Positions 61,803-64,000 of a stretch of 64,000 nucleotides of DNA are shown here, in pieces (position 1 is the first letter of the stretch; every line of letters begins with the position of its first letter). The notes beneath the pieces were generated by a model. It saw only the letters and a program-made list of their open reading frames with translations, did not search any database and was not told the DNA's origin. This DNA is from Bacteroidia bacterium (GTDB lineage Bacteria > Bacteroidota > Bacteroidia > J057), in NCBI GenBank assembly GCA_030731845.1, contig JANQTF010000300.1, positions 8,471 to 72,470 of the forward strand, given 5' to 3'. A program made the translations under genes and the position numbers.

Positions 61803-64000
61803 ATGTTCATGTCTCCTCACTGTCTTCTCTCTATGCTTCAATCTATTCAGATCATACTTCAAAAACTGTGGTACTCATTGCCTATTCGCCTGTTGGTGAG
61901 GCAATTGCATAGCCACAAGCTCTTGTTGCTGATCTGGATTTTTTTATTGGCAATACTTTCAGGCGGAATCAGCGAATCATTTGGTGGTCCATATCTTTTT
62001 TTGGAGCCTGAATATCTGGGACTAGAAAATTTCTGGAGCACCTTTTTGGTGGGAAGTGCCCTGGGCTCTTTCATTTTTGCCTACACGATCACTTTTTATA
62101 TCAATGAGAGCTATCGCTTTCATTTTATCGGGTTTTGTAAGCATCCCTTCTTTTTGTTGGCATATAATAATTTCATCGTGCCTGGCAGCTTACTAGCTGC
62201 TTATTTCTACCAGTTCCTTTCCTATCATCACTCCATGGCCACAGAAAACTCCTGGCACGTATTTGAGCTCACGATGGGGCTTATCGTTGGGATTCTTGTG
62301 GTGTTTGCCATTTCTGCCAGCTATTTTTTTGCCGAAACCTCTTTTTTCACCCGATTTGGAAAGAAACTGGAAAAGGAGATTGAAAAGAAAAAACCCGACC
62401 GCAGCCGCTGGGTGATCCTGGGCAAAGCCCGTGAGTCGATCCGGAGCAATCAGCGAGCTGATTATTATCTCGAATTTCCTTTTCGCATCAAAAAGGTGAC
62501 GGGTCCTGACAAAGCCCGCTTGCGAGAACTCATTGCAGTGCTCAATCAGCACCACGGGAAGCTCCTCTTGCTTCAGGTCGTCACATTTGCCCTTGTAGCC
62601 TTTTTGGGGTTAATGGAAGACAATCCTCTTTTCCAAATTCCAGCGGGAGCTAGTTTTTTGCTGCTGCTTTCCTTCCTCATGATGGCCATTGGTGCGGCCA
62701 CCTTCTGGTTTCGCAAGGCGGGCTTGCTCGCTTTGTCCATCGTGTTTGGGGTCATCTATTTTTATGGCGACATGGATTGGCTCAAAGAGCAGCACTACGT
62801 GGCTGGCATCGACTACACTGCTGCACCGGTAGAATATAGCATGGAGCATCTCGCCACCCTGCAAAATGATTCCATTCATCAGCAGGATAGGGCCGCGACC
62901 CTGGCCTACCTTAACAATTGGAAGGCGCGTTATCAGGAAAAATATGGGCAAGATGTGAAGCCCAGGGCCGTGTTTGTCTCCGCTTCGGGCGGTGGGCTGC
63001 GCTCAGCATTCTGGACATTCAGCATCATGCAGTATCTCGACAGCCTGAGCAGTGGCCGCATGACAGACGAAATCCGCCTGTTTACAGGTGCTTCCGGCGG
63101 CATGTTTGGCTTGTCTTACTTCCGGGAATTGCAGATGCAGCGGGCCATGGGGCATGAGATCAATATTCAGGACCGGACATATCGGGAGAATATGTCTAAG
63201 GACCTTCTCAACCGTATTTTCTTCCGCATGTTTTCTGACTTGATTTTGCCCTCGCGCAAAGTCATGATCGATGATCAGAAGATGACCAAAGAGGCTGGTT
63301 ATTCGTTCGACAGGCAAGTGGCCAAAAACCTGCCAGAGCTGGCCCATCGTCGGCTGGGAGATTATGCCAGGCCAGAGGCCGAGGGAGTCATCGCCCCTCT
63401 GATCCTCGCTCCCTCCATCATCAATCAGGGACGAAAACTCTTTATCTCCAGTCAGCCTGTATCCTATCTGGCCAATCCGGGAGACATTACCGCCTACTAT
63501 CAGTATCGGCCCGATGGCGTTGAATTTCGGCGCATGTTTGCCAACCATCGCCCTGACAGCCTCTACTTCGTCTCTGCCCTTCGGATGAATGCCACTTTTC
63601 CGGTTGTCATGCCGGTGGTCTCCCTTCCCTCCACTCCTACCATGCAGGTGATGGATGCCGGAGCCCTCGATAATTTTGGCACACAAACCGCAGTCAAGTA
63701 TCTGTTTGAATTTCGGGAGTGGTTTGAAGAAAACACAGACGGCATCGTCCTGCTGCAAATCCGGGACTCAGACAGGGAAGAGCCCATCGATGAAGTACAA
63801 GATCAGGGCATCCTGAGCAAGCTCTCTACGCCGATTGGCGGCGGCTACAAGTCGATGCTCGAAGCCAAGGACCTCGCCAATGACCATCTGCTTCAATACA
63901 TGAAAGAGTGGTACTTTGGCCCGATGGAGGTCATTTCATTCGAGTATCCTATCGAACGATTGGAGCAACCTGCCTCGCTCAGCTGGCACCTCACCCGGCG
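61803..64000 (+). CDS. Patatin-like phospholipase with N-terminal polytopic membrane domain (3' end beyond window)
   Basis: Not in the ORF track because there is no stop in the window. The frame is open from the stop at 61791-61793 to base 64000. The N-terminal ~330 aa hold about six TM segments. Then come VFVSASGGGLRSAF (oxyanion GGGxR), TGASGGM (GxSxG) and VMDAGALDNFG (catalytic Asp). The first in-frame ATG is at 61803; 61833 is an alternative. Confidence 0.8.
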   Translation, partial: MFMSPHCLLSMLQSIQIILQKLWYSLPIRLLVRQLHSHKLLLLIWIFLLAILSGGISESFGGPYLFLEPEYLGLENFWSTFLVGSALGSFIFAYTITFYINESYRFHFIGFCKHPFFLLAYNNFIVPGSLLAAYFYQFLSYHHSMATENSWHVFELTMGLIVGILVVFAISASYFFAETSFFTRFGKKLEKEIEKKKPDRSRWVILGKARESIRSNQRADYYLEFPFRIKKVTGPDKARLRELIAVLNQHHGKLLLLQVVTFALVAFLGLMEDNPLFQIPAGASFLLLLSFLMMAIGAATFWFRKAGLLALSIVFGVIYFYGDMDWLKEQHYVAGIDYTAAPVEYSMEHLATLQNDSIHQQDRAATLAYLNNWKARYQEKYGQDVKPRAVFVSASGGGLRSAFWTFSIMQYLDSLSSGRMTDEIRLFTGASGGMFGLSYFRELQMQRAMGHEINIQDRTYRENMSKDLLNRIFFRMFSDLILPSRKVMIDDQKMTKEAGYSFDRQVAKNLPELAHRRLGDYARPEAEGVIAPLILAPSIINQGRKLFISSQPVSYLANPGDITAYYQYRPDGVEFRRMFANHRPDSLYFVSALRMNATFPVVMPVVSLPSTPTMQVMDAGALDNFGTQTAVKYLFEFREWFEENTDGIVLLQIRDSDREEPIDEVQDQGILSKLSTPIGGGYKSMLEAKDLANDHLLQYMKEWYFGPMEVISFEYPIERLEQPASLSWHLTR

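Noticed and set aside
63003-63758. 251-aa minus-strand ORF, plus the smaller minus-strand ORFs at 61859-62951
   Set aside because: They are antisense to the long open patatin-like frame, which carries the GGGxR, GxSxG and DGA motifs.
1-64000. tRNA or rRNA genes, IS elements, transposases, integrases, prophage genes
   Set aside because: I scanned for GGTTCGAATCC-like T-arm motifs, rRNA-like conserved strings, DDE or tyrosine-recombinase-like ORFs and phage structural genes and found none. The only mobile-like signals are the repeats and gene fragments in the DUF4143 array.

Overview
The window looks like a chromosomal segment of a Bacteroidota genome, about 50% GC by eye. That assignment is an inference from gene content: T9SS C-terminal sorting domains, SprB-type repeats, an S46 dipeptidyl-peptidase, CarboxypepD_reg-type TonB-dependent receptors and a TAnnTTTG-like promoter box. 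Most of it is housekeeping or envelope genes. Clear calls include folD, mscL, nuoF, rpmF with a DUF177/yceD gene, pckA, ispF and purC, plus a Bcp-type peroxiredoxin, a tandem Usp protein, a MarR-MFP-RND-TolC efflux operon, two TonB-dependent receptors and several secreted or T9SS proteins. I found no tRNA or rRNA genes, transposases, integrases, phage genes or CRISPR arrays.

Two regions stand out:

1. **7.2-11.95 kb.** This is a self-contained three-gene operon: a small MksE/JetB-like tandem winged-helix protein, a 960-aa SMC-like protein and a cytoplasmic ankyrin-repeat protein. The SMC-like protein has the head, coiled-coil, hinge, coiled-coil, head layout, but its Walker A (GKE) and signature (LSTPN) motifs are degenerate. 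No kleisin (MksF/JetA) or Toprim nuclease (JetD) gene is present. I consider this the best candidate for an undescribed Mks/Wadjet-like system.

2. **48.7-53.3 kb.** Three strongly diverged AAA_14/DUF4143 ATPase paralogues lie in tandem, each with a C-terminal PD-(D/E)xK-like motif. Each is followed by the same palindrome (CGCAGATTGAAAAT-N3-7-ATTTTCAATCTGCG). The array also holds a conserved ~100-nt element next to the palindromes and three gene or promoter fragments, which makes it look like a recombination-scarred cassette array.

Smaller items:
- A truncated SIR2_2-like gene at the left edge, with the expected His replaced by Phe.
- Two long non-coding gaps that end in orphan terminators (17.7-18.1 kb and 42.07-42.46 kb).
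- Tandem families of small membrane or secreted paralogues.
- A second pseudo-P-loop protein.
- A polytopic-membrane patatin-like phospholipase running off the right edge.

All functional calls rest on motif and architecture recognition by eye. No database search or computation was run.
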